A stretch of DNA of 64,000 nucleotides from a virus (lineage: Duplodnaviria; Caudoviricetes), in the IMG/VR virus record IMGVR_UViG_3300005439_000018, positions 1 through 64,000 of that record, one strand, 5' to 3'. The stretch's first letter is position 1. Each line of letters starts with the position of its first letter. A program made the position numbers and the translations under genes. Positions 28,262-36,802 of this stretch are shown in pieces. The notes beneath the pieces were generated by a model, which had not been told where the DNA came from, ran no database searches, and saw nothing but the letters and a program-made list of their open reading frames with translations.

Positions 28262-28774
28262 ATGGCAGAAAAACCCGTACTGGCGTGGCTGGCCGCGCTG
28301 ATCGACGGTGAGGGGTCCGTGATGCTGAACAAGCGGACCTACTCGGGCAATACTGCCTCGACCATGGAGCGCGGGGGCATCCATTACCGGGCCGTGGTGG
28401 TGGTGGCGTGCAACACGGACTACAGGCTGATGGAGGCCATCGGCGACCGGATGGGCGTCGGCCAGATCTACCAGCACCGGATCAACGGGGACCCGAGAAC
28501 CCCGCGCAAGCGGGCGCAGTGGACGTACAGGCTTAACGCCGGACAGATCAGGGAGTGGCTTCCCGAGATCCGTCCGTGGCTGGTTCTCAAAGGAGAACAG
28601 GCCGACCTGCTCATGGAGTCGCTGGACATCAAGACCCAGCTGACACCGGGCAACGCGGGTTTCCTACCGGCGAACCGGCCGCCTCTGCTGGAGCGGCTCG
28701 ACGCCATCTACACCGAGATTCGCCGCCTGAACACCAGGGGGCGCGAGACACAGGAAGCGGGTGATGCCAAGTGA
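28262..28774 (+). CDS. LAGLIDADG homing endonuclease
   Basis: LAWLAALIDGEGSV motif, PWLVLKGEQA; lower GC3; stop overlaps the purZ GTG. Confidence 0.9.
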   Translation: MAEKPVLAWLAALIDGEGSVMLNKRTYSGNTASTMERGGIHYRAVVVVACNTDYRLMEAIGDRMGVGQIYQHRINGDPRTPRKRAQWTYRLNAGQIREWLPEIRPWLVLKGEQADLLMESLDIKTQLTPGNAGFLPANRPPLLERLDAIYTEIRRLNTRGRETQEAGDAK

Positions 28775-29899
28775 GCGGGAAGGTCTACGTTGTTGTGGGT
28801 GGACAGTACGGCTCCGAATTACGAGGGCAAGGGAGCTGTGGCAGGTAGAATCTGCCGAGACCTGGCCGAGCGCGGGCAGCAGGTGATCGGGGTCCGGATC
28901 GGCGGGCCCAACGCGGGGCACACGGTGCTGGGCCGCTGCCCGGCCGACTGCGGCGACGCGGGCGCCCACGGCGCCGGGCCCCGTCCGGCCCACCCGTGGC
29001 GGCTGCGGCAGGTCCCGGTGTCGGTGGTGACGGCGCCGGGGTCGTGGGCCGTGATCGCGGCCGGGTCCGAGGTCGACCAGCGGGTGCTGGAGCGGGAGAT
29101 CGTCGAGCTGGACAGCGCCGGGTACAACGCCTCCGGGCGTCTGGCCGTCGACCGGTCGGCGACCATCCTGCACGACGGGAACATCCTGGAGGAGCAGGCT
29201 CTGGAGCTCCAGGCCAGCATCGGCTCGACGGCCAAGGGCATCGGGTCGGCGCGGGCCGCCCGCATCTGGCGGATGGCCAGCACCTGGGGCCAGGCCACCG
29301 GCGGCGGGTGGGACACGGCGGCCGAGCTGCGGGCCCGGCTGTATGAGGACGACGTGGCCGTGGTCGTCGAGGGCACCCAGGGGTACGGGCTGGGGCTGCA
29401 CACCGAGAACTACCCCCGGGTCACCAGCGGCGACTGCCGGGCCGTGGACTTCCTGGCCCAGGCCGGGGTCAGCCCCTGGCAGCAGGGGGTCGGCCTGCGG
29501 GTGCTGGTCTGCCTGCGCCCCTACCCGATACGGGTCGCGGGCAACAGCGGGCCGATGAAGGACGAGACCACCTGGGAGGCGCTGGGGCTGCCCGCCGAGC
29601 ACACCACCGTCACCCAGAAGGTCCGGCGGGTCGGCGCCTGGGATCCCGAGCTCGCCCGGGCCGCGATGCTGGCCAACGGGGGCCCGAGCAGGGGGGTGGT
29701 GTGGGCCGCGCTGACCATGATGGACAGCGTCGACCCGGAGCTGGCCGGGGCCGACGGGCACGTTCCGGCGTGGTCCGAGTCGACCGCCCCCAAGTGCACC
29801 CGGGACTACCTGCACTCGTTCGGCTGGAACGCCGGGCACCTGGCCTACGTCGGCACCGGCCCCGACACCGCGCTCGTGAACGAGAGGATCTACCGCTGA
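28771..29899 (+). CDS. purZ: PurZ/PurZ0-type aminodeoxyadenylosuccinate synthase, interrupted by a 7-nt insertion (candidate recoding)
   Basis: VVGGQYGS|EGKG (Ser at the PurA Asp position) split across two frames at 28816-28825; GGPNAGHT, IGSTAKGIG, EGTQGYGL, YPRVTS, RPYPIRVAGNSGP, TTVTQKVRRVG, GTGP. Confidence 0.88.
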
Positions 29900-30360
29900 T
29901 GACCGACCAGACCAGCACCAGCCCGTACCCGGACGGCGGCGGCCCCGAGGGCCTGGGCGGACCGGCCGGAAGAGGGGCCGTGACGCCGGACCAGCTGACG
30001 ATGGGCGACCCGTACGTGGTGGCTGAGAACCCGCTCCCGGGCCCGGCCCTGCCGCCGGGATTCGCCGAGTGGGCCGACCGCTGGTTCGCCCGGGTGATAC
30101 CGGAGACCCAGCGCAAGGCCGCCGAGTACGGCAGCAACAGCCTGAGCAAGAAGGGGTGGCGGCTGGCCCAGGTCCAGGGGCGCCTGGTTGACGGCCCGGG
30201 GGCGCTGCGGCTGGGCGTGGCGCAGTACGCGGTCGAGAAGGCCGACCGGGCCGAGGACGCGATGCTGCGGGGCACTGAGGCCAGCGCCGACACCTGGTCG
30301 GACCTCGCGGTCTACGCCCTGATGCACCTGTACATCTCCGACACCGGGGTGTGGCCGTGA
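29899..30360 (+). CDS. All-alpha nucleotide-modification-associated protein (putative dNTP pyrophosphohydrolase)
   Basis: KAAEYG...EK..R...DTWSDLAVYALM pattern; immediately after purZ. Confidence 0.6.
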   Translation: MTDQTSTSPYPDGGGPEGLGGPAGRGAVTPDQLTMGDPYVVAENPLPGPALPPGFAEWADRWFARVIPETQRKAAEYGSNSLSKKGWRLAQVQGRLVDGPGALRLGVAQYAVEKADRAEDAMLRGTEASADTWSDLAVYALMHLYISDTGVWP

Positions 30361-30396
30361 CCCTGGCGCACCGCGCGCCCGTGGAGCTCTAGCTCC

Positions 30397-30720
30397 GTGG
30401 CGCGCAAGACGGGCGGGAATCCGGCAGCCCACCGGGTCCGGATCCCGCCCACCCCCGGTACCCAGCTGTCCACCGGGCTGCACTGGCTGGCCCTGTCCAG
30501 CCGGGGGCGGCTGTCCAACGACGTGATCGCGGCGGCGATCCGGCACCAGCACGAGCGCGACACCGACCCGTCGGTGCTGATCGCGGCGGCGGTGCAGTAC
30601 CTGGTGTCCGGGTGCGACTCCGCCGAGGACCGCGTCAACCGGTATTGGCACATAGCCGACCAGGTGTCGGCCCGCGCGAGGGCGCGGTATCTCAACATCG
30701 AAGAGGGTGAGCTCATATGA
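30397..30720 (+). CDS. Hypothetical protein
   Basis: High GC3; ATGA overlap with the next gene; start uncertain. Confidence 0.65.
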   Translation: MARKTGGNPAAHRVRIPPTPGTQLSTGLHWLALSSRGRLSNDVIAAAIRHQHERDTDPSVLIAAAVQYLVSGCDSAEDRVNRYWHIADQVSARARARYLNIEEGELI

Positions 30721-31640
30721 GGATGGCGTACCTGGCCGGTCCGATAGACCAGGTGTTCAACCAGTCCCGGGAGTCGGCGCGGGTCTGGGACGAGCTGCGG
30801 TCGCGGGTGGTCCACGACCTGACCGGTGCCGGGTTCGAGGTGTTCCGGCCGGACCGGGCGTTCCACACCGCCAGCCAGTCGGCCGCCATCCAGCGGGTCA
30901 ACAACGCCGTGATCGACATGTGCCAGGCGGGGGTGGTGTTCCTGCCCTCGGGCGTCCCGACGCTGGGCACGCCGGTTGAGGTCGAGCGCATGCTGGCCCG
31001 CCGGATGCCGGTGCTGGTGGTCAGCGACGTGCTGTTCTCGGTGCAGCTGGCCGACTGGGCCGACCGGGGGGCGGTGGTGTGCGCCCCGGACCTGGTGGCC
31101 GAGAACCTGATGGTGCTGGCCCGCGCGGTCACCGAGGCCCAGAACCGGCCGACGCTGCGGCGTGCGGCCGAGCAGCTGGCCTCCCAGCTGCGGCAGGGGA
31201 ACCCGGCGTTCGGGCCCCGGCCGCTGGTGTTCGAGGCGATGCGGGAGGGGGCGGTGCTGCCCAGCCGGGGCTACGAGGACGACGCGGGGCTGGACCTGTA
31301 CGTCAGCGAGGGGGTCGTGATCGAGCCCCACTCGTTCAAGGACGTGCCGTGCGGCGTCTCGGTCGACATCCCGGACGGGTACTGGGGGATGATCACCGGC
31401 CGCAGCTCGACCCTGCGGCGCCACGGCCTGCTGGTCTCCCAGGGGGTGATCGACGCGGGCTGGACCGGCGAGCTGTTCGCCGGGGTGCAGAACCTGACCG
31501 ACCGTACGGTGGGGATCGGGGCGGGCGACCGGCTGGCCCAGCTGATCCTGCTCCCGGCGCCGGTGCGGGACCGGGCCCCCGAGTGGGGACGGGTGCCCGC
31601 CAAGGCCCGGGGGACCAACGGGTTCGGGAGCACCGGGTGA
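30717..31640 (+). CDS. dut: Nucleoside deoxyribosyltransferase-like domain fused to trimeric dUTPase
   Basis: N-term YLAGPID...GT..E; C-term DAGLDL, GRSS, GVIDAGWTGEL, GDRLAQL, RGTNGFGSTG. Confidence 0.88.
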   Translation: MRMAYLAGPIDQVFNQSRESARVWDELRSRVVHDLTGAGFEVFRPDRAFHTASQSAAIQRVNNAVIDMCQAGVVFLPSGVPTLGTPVEVERMLARRMPVLVVSDVLFSVQLADWADRGAVVCAPDLVAENLMVLARAVTEAQNRPTLRRAAEQLASQLRQGNPAFGPRPLVFEAMREGAVLPSRGYEDDAGLDLYVSEGVVIEPHSFKDVPCGVSVDIPDGYWGMITGRSSTLRRHGLLVSQGVIDAGWTGELFAGVQNLTDRTVGIGAGDRLAQLILLPAPVRDRAPEWGRVPAKARGTNGFGSTG

Positions 31641-31858
31641 TCGCTCCGGACGGCGGGAGCCGCCGGGACCCGGACGCGGCCCGCCCGGCCCCCATGTGGG
31701 GCCGGGACCCGGTGGTTACCGACGTCCTGTGCAAGGGGTGCGCGTCCCAGCCCGACGGCACCGAGCGGCGGCACTTCCTGCACCGGGTCTACGCGGGCAA
31801 GACGCTGGTGCTGGTGTGCAGCCGCTGCGACGGCGGGCGGCTCAACGGGGTGAAGTGA
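31637..31858 (+). CDS. Small zinc-finger protein
   Basis: CKGC...CSRCD. Confidence 0.55.
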   Translation: MIAPDGGSRRDPDAARPAPMWGRDPVVTDVLCKGCASQPDGTERRHFLHRVYAGKTLVLVCSRCDGGRLNGVK

Positions 31859-31877
31859 GGCGCGGGGACAGGTTGGC

Positions 31878-31907
31878 TTGACAGACAGGCAATCCCTATG
31901 GTAGAAT
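31878..31907 (+). promoter_or_regulatory. Strong promoter with operator
   Basis: TTGACA-N18-TAGAAT; TTGAC-AGACA-GGCAA. Confidence 0.85.
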
Positions 31908-31958
31908 TTCATTCAGAGGGGCCGACAGGCGGCCCCGCCCGATAGGGAGGCACCCGAG

Positions 31959-32606
31959 ATGGCCAAGTCCACCACCGCCCCGAAGACCGAGACGGTCGTC
32001 GAGGAGATCGAGCTCAAGCCGTGCCTGTGCCAGTTCATCGAGATCGAGACGTGGACCGGCGACGTCCCGGACGGCGGCGACCCGAACGACTACGTCGAGT
32101 ACATCGGCACCGGATGCAAGGGACGGCTCACCAGCCGGACGTTCGCGCCGGGCCACGACGCCAAGCTCAAGAGCCTGCTGATCCGGGCGGGGGCGATGGG
32201 CGCCGGGGTCCGCCAGCAGCTCGGCGGCCTGGCCACCGTCGGCGGTGCCCAGAAGGTCGCCGACCAGTTCGGGTTCGGCCACCAGGTCGCCCACGGCATC
32301 GAGCGGGCGCTGGTCGCGGCCGATGCCAAGGCCAACGACAAGGCGGCCAAGGAGCAGGCGAAGGCCGAGGCCAAGGCCGCGAAGAAGGCCGAGGCCGACG
32401 CGGCCAAGGCGGCCTCCCTGGAGGCCGCCAAGCCCAAGAAGGCGGCCAAGGCCGAGCCCGGCCCGGTCAAGGTCCGCATCAAGGTCGGGCCGCGCTGGCA
32501 GTACGACGCGGTGGTCGACACCAAGACCGGCATCGCGACCTACACCACGGCCAAGGGCGAGGTCAAGACGGCCACCGAGGACAAGTGGTCGCTGGTCACC
32601 ACGTGA
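31959..32606 (+). CDS. Putative DNA-binding protein with Lys/Ala-rich linker
   Basis: CLC...C...FAPGHDAKLK motif; KAEAKAAKKA low-complexity tract; GGGAGG RBS. Confidence 0.75.
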   Translation: MAKSTTAPKTETVVEEIELKPCLCQFIEIETWTGDVPDGGDPNDYVEYIGTGCKGRLTSRTFAPGHDAKLKSLLIRAGAMGAGVRQQLGGLATVGGAQKVADQFGFGHQVAHGIERALVAADAKANDKAAKEQAKAEAKAAKKAEADAAKAASLEAAKPKKAAKAEPGPVKVRIKVGPRWQYDAVVDTKTGIATYTTAKGEVKTATEDKWSLVTT

Positions 32607-32764
32607 GACCGCACCGCCGCCGGACCCCGCCGCGACCACCGGGCGGGGTCCGTCCGTGTCCGGCGGGTACTCCGCCGGGGGGATTGACCACGGGTCAATC
32701 CGGTGGTATGGTGGAGGGGAGGGGGTCGGCGTCCGCCGGTCCCACCGACCGGAGGGTGTTCGAC

Positions 32765-32998
32765 ATGATGGCCATCACCGAGGCGCTGGAGAAGCTGGGG
32801 ATCCACGACCCGGCCGCTCTGCGGACCCTGCGCACCGTGTTCGCGGTGCTCACCGAGACCGCAGAGTCCGGCGACGAGACGATCGACCTGCTCGGGCCGC
32901 TGGCCCTGTTCGGGTCCCGGACGGCGATCCGGCTGCACCAGCTGCGCGGGGACGCCGAGGCGGTCGCCGGGGTGCTGCTGGACAACCTGGGGGCCTGA
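32765..32998 (+). CDS. Hypothetical protein
   Basis: GGAGG RBS; promoter TTGACC-N17-TATGGT with operator at 32684. Confidence 0.65.
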   Translation: MMAITEALEKLGIHDPAALRTLRTVFAVLTETAESGDETIDLLGPLALFGSRTAIRLHQLRGDAEAVAGVLLDNLGA

Positions 32999-33048
32999 CC
33001 CCCGGCCAGGGTATTGACACAGAGGCAATACCCTGGTAGGATGTACAT

Positions 33049-33252
33049 ATGGGAAGCAGACATCAGGCAGTGTTGGAGCTGGTACGTGAGATGCGCCAGC
33101 TGGGCTGCGAGGTCCGGCAGGCGAAAAACGGCCACAAGGTCACGCTGCGGGGGGCGTTCGTAGGCACCATCCCGGTCCTGCCGGGGGACCACCGGACCAT
33201 GGAGAACGTCCGCCACCAACTGATCAAGAAGATACCGCAGATCCGCGCGTAG
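33049..33252 (+). CDS. HicA-like small protein
   Basis: G.EV...KNGHKV......TIP..PGD.R...N pattern; leaderless from TTGACA-N17-TAGGAT at 33014. Confidence 0.55.
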   Translation: MGSRHQAVLELVREMRQLGCEVRQAKNGHKVTLRGAFVGTIPVLPGDHRTMENVRHQLIKKIPQIRA

Positions 33253-33330
33253 TGCGCCCCGACCGAACAGCCCCCGGCCCGACGGCCGGGGGCGTTTGCG
33301 TGCCCGGGGGCCCGGCGGTACGCTGGCCCC

Positions 33331-33762
33331 ATGAGCGAAGGTGGCACGCGGCCGGTGGCCGCCCGGCTGTACCAGAGTCCGGCGGACTCCGGCGCGGCCC
33401 CCCAGTCCGACTACACCCCGCCGGGACGGCCCGCCCCGCGCGACCCGGCACAGTCCCTCGGACTGCGGCGGAACAGCCCCGAGGAGGCCTCCGACAGCCA
33501 CCGGACGGACCCCACCCCATCCGTGGGCGCCCAGGTGTCCCACAGGCTCTCCGGAGCCCGGGGAGAGGTTGTCGGGCACCAGCACCACGGATACGGCCCC
33601 GCCCTCCCCACCGTCAGGTGGGAGGGCGAGGAAGCCAGCTGGCCCCAGGGTGTCTCGGCCAACGCGCTGCGGGTCGAGGGCAGCACCCCCAACGACCTGT
33701 ACCGGTACGACCAGGACGCCACCTCCAGCCGCCCGCTGAACCGGAACACGGGGGCCCAGTGA
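33331..33762 (+). CDS. SH3-like paralog A
   Basis: VGAQVSHRLSGARGEVV...PTVRW. Confidence 0.65.
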   Translation: MSEGGTRPVAARLYQSPADSGAAPQSDYTPPGRPAPRDPAQSLGLRRNSPEEASDSHRTDPTPSVGAQVSHRLSGARGEVVGHQHHGYGPALPTVRWEGEEASWPQGVSANALRVEGSTPNDLYRYDQDATSSRPLNRNTGAQ

Positions 33763-34031
33763 TGGCCAACAGGGCCTACACCCCCGGCGACCCCGCCGGT
33801 CTGCGCAGTACCCGCGACGCCATCCCGCAGGCCGCCGACGGCACCGGCGAGACCGCGCGGCTGGCGATCGGGGACAGGGTCCGGCACGTCCTTAGCGGAG
33901 CTCAGGGCGAGGTGGTGGACCTGCACGCCGACCCGTTCGTGAAGGACGTCACCCACGGTATCGTGAACTGGACCGGCGACGGCGACGGGTTCGGCCAGGG
34001 CTACAGCAGCACGAGCCTGACCAAGTTCTAA
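33762..34031 (+). CDS. SH3-like paralog B
   Basis: IGDRVRHVLSGAQGEVV...IVNW...GYSSTSL. Confidence 0.65.
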   Translation: MANRAYTPGDPAGLRSTRDAIPQAADGTGETARLAIGDRVRHVLSGAQGEVVDLHADPFVKDVTHGIVNWTGDGDGFGQGYSSTSLTKF

Positions 34032-34086
34032 CCGGACGGGGTAGACTGGGGGGCGCGATCCCGCCCCCGACAGACTGGAGTACCCC

Positions 34087-34311
34087 GTGGCTGTGGAAGC
34101 CCGATTCAACTGCGACGTCAAGAACGTCATCGACCAGGTGTCCTGCGACGTCCGGCTGTCCGCCTCGATCTCGGGCCGCGACAACACCGAGTGGGCCCCG
34201 TACACCCCGTCCGGCCAGATCACCATGGTTATCAACGGCGCGGCCGGTGCCGAGTTCGTGCAGGGCGGCCGGTACCGCGTCACCTTCGAGCGGCTCGAGG
34301 ACGGCCAGTGA
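34087..34311 (+). CDS. Conserved hypothetical phage protein
   Basis: NTEWAPYTPSGQITM.I...A...F..G..Y.VTF. Confidence 0.75.
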   Translation: MAVEARFNCDVKNVIDQVSCDVRLSASISGRDNTEWAPYTPSGQITMVINGAAGAEFVQGGRYRVTFERLEDGQ

Positions 34312-34574
34312 GGCGGCCGGTGGTCGGCGAGACCGTCCACTACGTCAGCCACGGCACCCCGACGCGCACCGACGGTACCCGGGCCTTCGAGTCGGTGTGC
34401 CGGGCTGCGATCGTCACCGAGACCAGCCAGGACCCGGACGGCCCCGGCCGGGGGTGGTTCGCCAGCCTGGCCGTGCTGAACCCGTCCGGCATGTTCTTTC
34501 AGGAGGGCCTGGCCCTGGACGCCGACGGCCCCTATTACGCGCCGGGTACCTGGCACCCGGTCCACCCGTCGTGA
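34308..34574 (+). CDS. Conserved actinophage protein
   Basis: PVVGETVHYVSHGTP...CRAAIVTE...LAVLNPSGMFF...GTWH. Confidence 0.75.
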   Translation: MRRPVVGETVHYVSHGTPTRTDGTRAFESVCRAAIVTETSQDPDGPGRGWFASLAVLNPSGMFFQEGLALDADGPYYAPGTWHPVHPS

Positions 34575-34822
34575 GCGAGTCGATCGGGGACGCCATCTCC
34601 CAGCGGATGGTCGAGGTCAGCGGCGAGGACGGCGTCCTGACCGAGTGGCTGTGCATCGGCGTCCGCCAGACGCTGGACGAGGACGGCACCCCGCAGACGG
34701 GCGTCGGTGTCCTGATGTCGGACGAGTCGATGCCGCTGTTCAAGGTGCTGGGCATGCTGGACTACGCCCAGACCGCCTACCGGGCCCGCCTGGCCCGGTT
34801 CACGCAGGGGGACGACGAGTGA
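34571..34822 (+). CDS. Hypothetical protein
   Basis: VLTEWL.I...GMLDYA pattern, similar to 41303..41578. Confidence 0.7.
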   Translation: MSESIGDAISQRMVEVSGEDGVLTEWLCIGVRQTLDEDGTPQTGVGVLMSDESMPLFKVLGMLDYAQTAYRARLARFTQGDDE

Positions 34823-35220
34823 CCCTCCGGCTGCCCGTCACCATGCTGGCCGACATCATCCGCCACGTCGACCGAGAGCACCCGAACGAGGCGTGCGGCG
34901 TGATCGGCGGGTCGCCCAACGGGACCCTGGTCGAGGTGATCCCGATGACCAACGCCGACGCGTCGCCGGACTGGTTCCGGCTGGACCCCGAGCAGCAGAT
35001 GCTGGTCTGGCAGGACCTGGAGTACCGGGGGCTGCGGCCGGTGGTGCTGTACCACAGCCACACCGCCACCCCCGCCGTCCCCAGCCGGACGGACGAGGCG
35101 TTCGCGGCCGACCACCCCGACTCGGTGTTCCTGATCGTGTCGGCCCGGGACGGCATGGCCCGGTGCTTCCGGACCGAGGGCGGGCGGCTGGTCGAGGAAG
35201 ACGTCGATCTGGTCGTCTGA
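34819..35220 (+). CDS. JAB/MPN (M67, Mec-like) metalloprotease
   Basis: HPNEACGVIGG, YHSHTATPAVPSRTD JAMM motif. Confidence 0.92.
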   Translation: MTLRLPVTMLADIIRHVDREHPNEACGVIGGSPNGTLVEVIPMTNADASPDWFRLDPEQQMLVWQDLEYRGLRPVVLYHSHTATPAVPSRTDEAFAADHPDSVFLIVSARDGMARCFRTEGGRLVEEDVDLVV

Positions 35221-35235
35221 CGCGGCCCGGCGCAC

Positions 35236-35282
35236 ACATGCCACTCCCCCCGACCGGATGCCCGGCGGGGGGAGTGGTGTAG
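35236..35282. terminator. Hairpin between convergent gene blocks
   Basis: CCACTCCCCCCG / CGGGGGGAGTGG inverted repeat. Confidence 0.6.
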
Positions 35283-35295
35283 GGGGGCGGGCGGG

Positions 35296-35727
35296 TCACC
35301 AGTCGGGGTGGACCGCCTTGCGCAGCTCGCCCAGCGCGTGCTCGGCCCCGGCCTCGTAGGCCATCGCCCAGGTGGCGAACTGAACCGACCGGAACCCGCA
35401 CGCGCAGGTGGACCGCATCGTGTGGGGGCTGTCCTTGGCCACCTTGAAGTGATGCAGCGCCGGGTTGCTGCCGGGCGGGGGGACCGGGCTGCGGAACCAC
35501 AGCCGGACGCCCTGCCAGCGCACGGCCCCCAGGCTGTCGATGCTGGCCTGCGCCAGCGCCTGGTCGCCCTCGCGCACCATCGTGATGAACTTGTCCCGGC
35601 CGAACGGCTGGGTGGCCTTGACCGACCAGTTGCCGCTCATCGGCAGCATCTCTCCGTCGTGGATCGGCTCGACCGAATCGCCGACCTGGGGGGTGACGTG
35701 CCCGATCTGCATCTCGTATTCGTCCAT
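35296..35727 (-). CDS. Hypothetical protein with zinc finger
   Basis: AGGAGG RBS; CACG...H. Confidence 0.7.
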   Translation of the reverse strand: MDEYEMQIGHVTPQVGDSVEPIHDGEMLPMSGNWSVKATQPFGRDKFITMVREGDQALAQASIDSLGAVRWQGVRLWFRSPVPPPGSNPALHHFKVAKDSPHTMRSTCACGFRSVQFATWAMAYEAGAEHALGELRKAVHPDW

Positions 35728-35827
35728 CGGGTTCCTCCTGTCGCGGGGCCGCCCCTCGGCCCCCGGTTCCATCCTAGCATGGAATTGCCCCCCTGTCAAT
35801 ATCGACAGGGGGGCGCCCCGCCGCCGG

Positions 35828-36241
35828 TCAGGCGGCCTGCGGGACCCCGGCCAGCAGGTCCCGGCACTGCGGGCAGTACACGGTGCCCTCGGGCAGGTGC
35901 CGCTCCAGCGCGGCCCGGTCCTGTCGGCACTGGGCCCCGACCCGCTTGCCGCACTCGGAGACCCCGTACCCGTTGAACGACATGGCGTGGTGCACCAGGT
36001 TGCGCGGGGTGCACGGCGCCCAGGTGGGCTCGTACCCGCCGACCTGCTGGACCGAGGCCAGCTTCACGCCGACGCAGTAGGTGTAGGCCGGGTCCGGGTT
36101 GATGTCGACCTCGACCAGTGTCCCGTGGGACGGGTGGCCCGTCAGGCGGGTCCCCACGAACCGGCCGCCGTACCAGCGCCCGCCGACCGTCTGGCCGACG
36201 ACCCACTGCCCGTATGCTATCTCCGTCACTTCCTCAACCAT
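35828..36241 (-). CDS. Hypothetical zinc-binding protein
   Basis: ECG...CPQC. Confidence 0.65.
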   Translation of the reverse strand: MVEEVTEIAYGQWVVGQTVGGRWYGGRFVGTRLTGHPSHGTLVEVDINPDPAYTYCVGVKLASVQQVGGYEPTWAPCTPRNLVHHAMSFNGYGVSECGKRVGAQCRQDRAALERHLPEGTVYCPQCRDLLAGVPQAA

Positions 36242-36363
36242 TCCCGAAACGCCTCCGCCCTCTTCCGGTCCCGCCAGCGGGACACCGTGTACCCGAGCCA
36301 CATGGCCCCGTAGGCGACCGGACCAGCCAGCGCCACCGTCAGGAGCCTTACCAGAGCGATCAT
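36226..36363 (-). CDS. Small membrane protein
   Basis: GGAGG RBS; one TM segment. Confidence 0.55.
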   Translation of the reverse strand: MIALVRLLTVALAGPVAYGAMWLGYTVSRWRDRKRAEAFREWLRK

Positions 36364-36416
36364 TCCCGACCTCCGTCGGACTGGGGCGGGGGGTGGTGTG
36401 CCCCCCGCCCGCCGGA

Positions 36417-36677
36417 CTAGCCCTTCCTGAGCTTCCGGGCGGCCTCCGCCTGGCTGCGGTAGTGGGTGCGGTCCCACTCGCCGCCGGGCTCCCGGAAGGT
36501 CCAGGAGGGCCGGGAGTTGGGCTGCCCGTTCCCCCTGTCGTCCCCCTGCCCGCCGTTGGCGCGGCGCCCGATCCGACCGGCCCGGACCTCGCCGATCTCC
36601 TCCCCGGTATCCCCGTCGGTCACCACGTAGGTGTCGTCGGCCCGGCCGGGTATCTTCTTGAACCGGTCCCGGCTCAC
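36417..36677 (-). CDS. Hypothetical protein
   Basis: GTGA overlap with the upstream mini-gene. Confidence 0.6.
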   Translation of the reverse strand: MSRDRFKKIPGRADDTYVVTDGDTGEEIGEVRAGRIGRRANGGQGDDRGNGQPNSRPSWTFREPGGEWDRTHYRSQAEAARKLRKG

Positions 36678-36754
36678 CGGCGGTCCAGCCACAGGACCAG
36701 CGCGACCGATGCGACCACGACGACCGAGAGCCAGACGATCCCCGATGTGCTCAT
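36674..36754 (-). CDS. 26-aa membrane peptide
   Basis: MSTSGIVWLSVVVVASVALVLWLDRR after promoter, hairpin and GAGGAGG RBS. Confidence 0.55.
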   Translation of the reverse strand: MSTSGIVWLSVVVVASVALVLWLDRR

Positions 36755-36802
36755 TGCCCCTCCTCGCGGGGCGGCCCCTCCGCCCCTTCAACCCCCATTC
36801 TA

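Noticed and set aside
28790-28822. TTG start at 28790 (ORF track) as the true purZ start
   Set aside because: It gives MLWVDSTAPNY in place of the conserved VVGGQYGS strand and P-loop, which is present in the other frame from the coupled GTG at 28771
28771-29899. Ordinary host-type purA
   Set aside because: Ser replaces the catalytic Asp of GDEGKG, the protein is the short form, and the context is phage PolA plus nucleotide hydrolases
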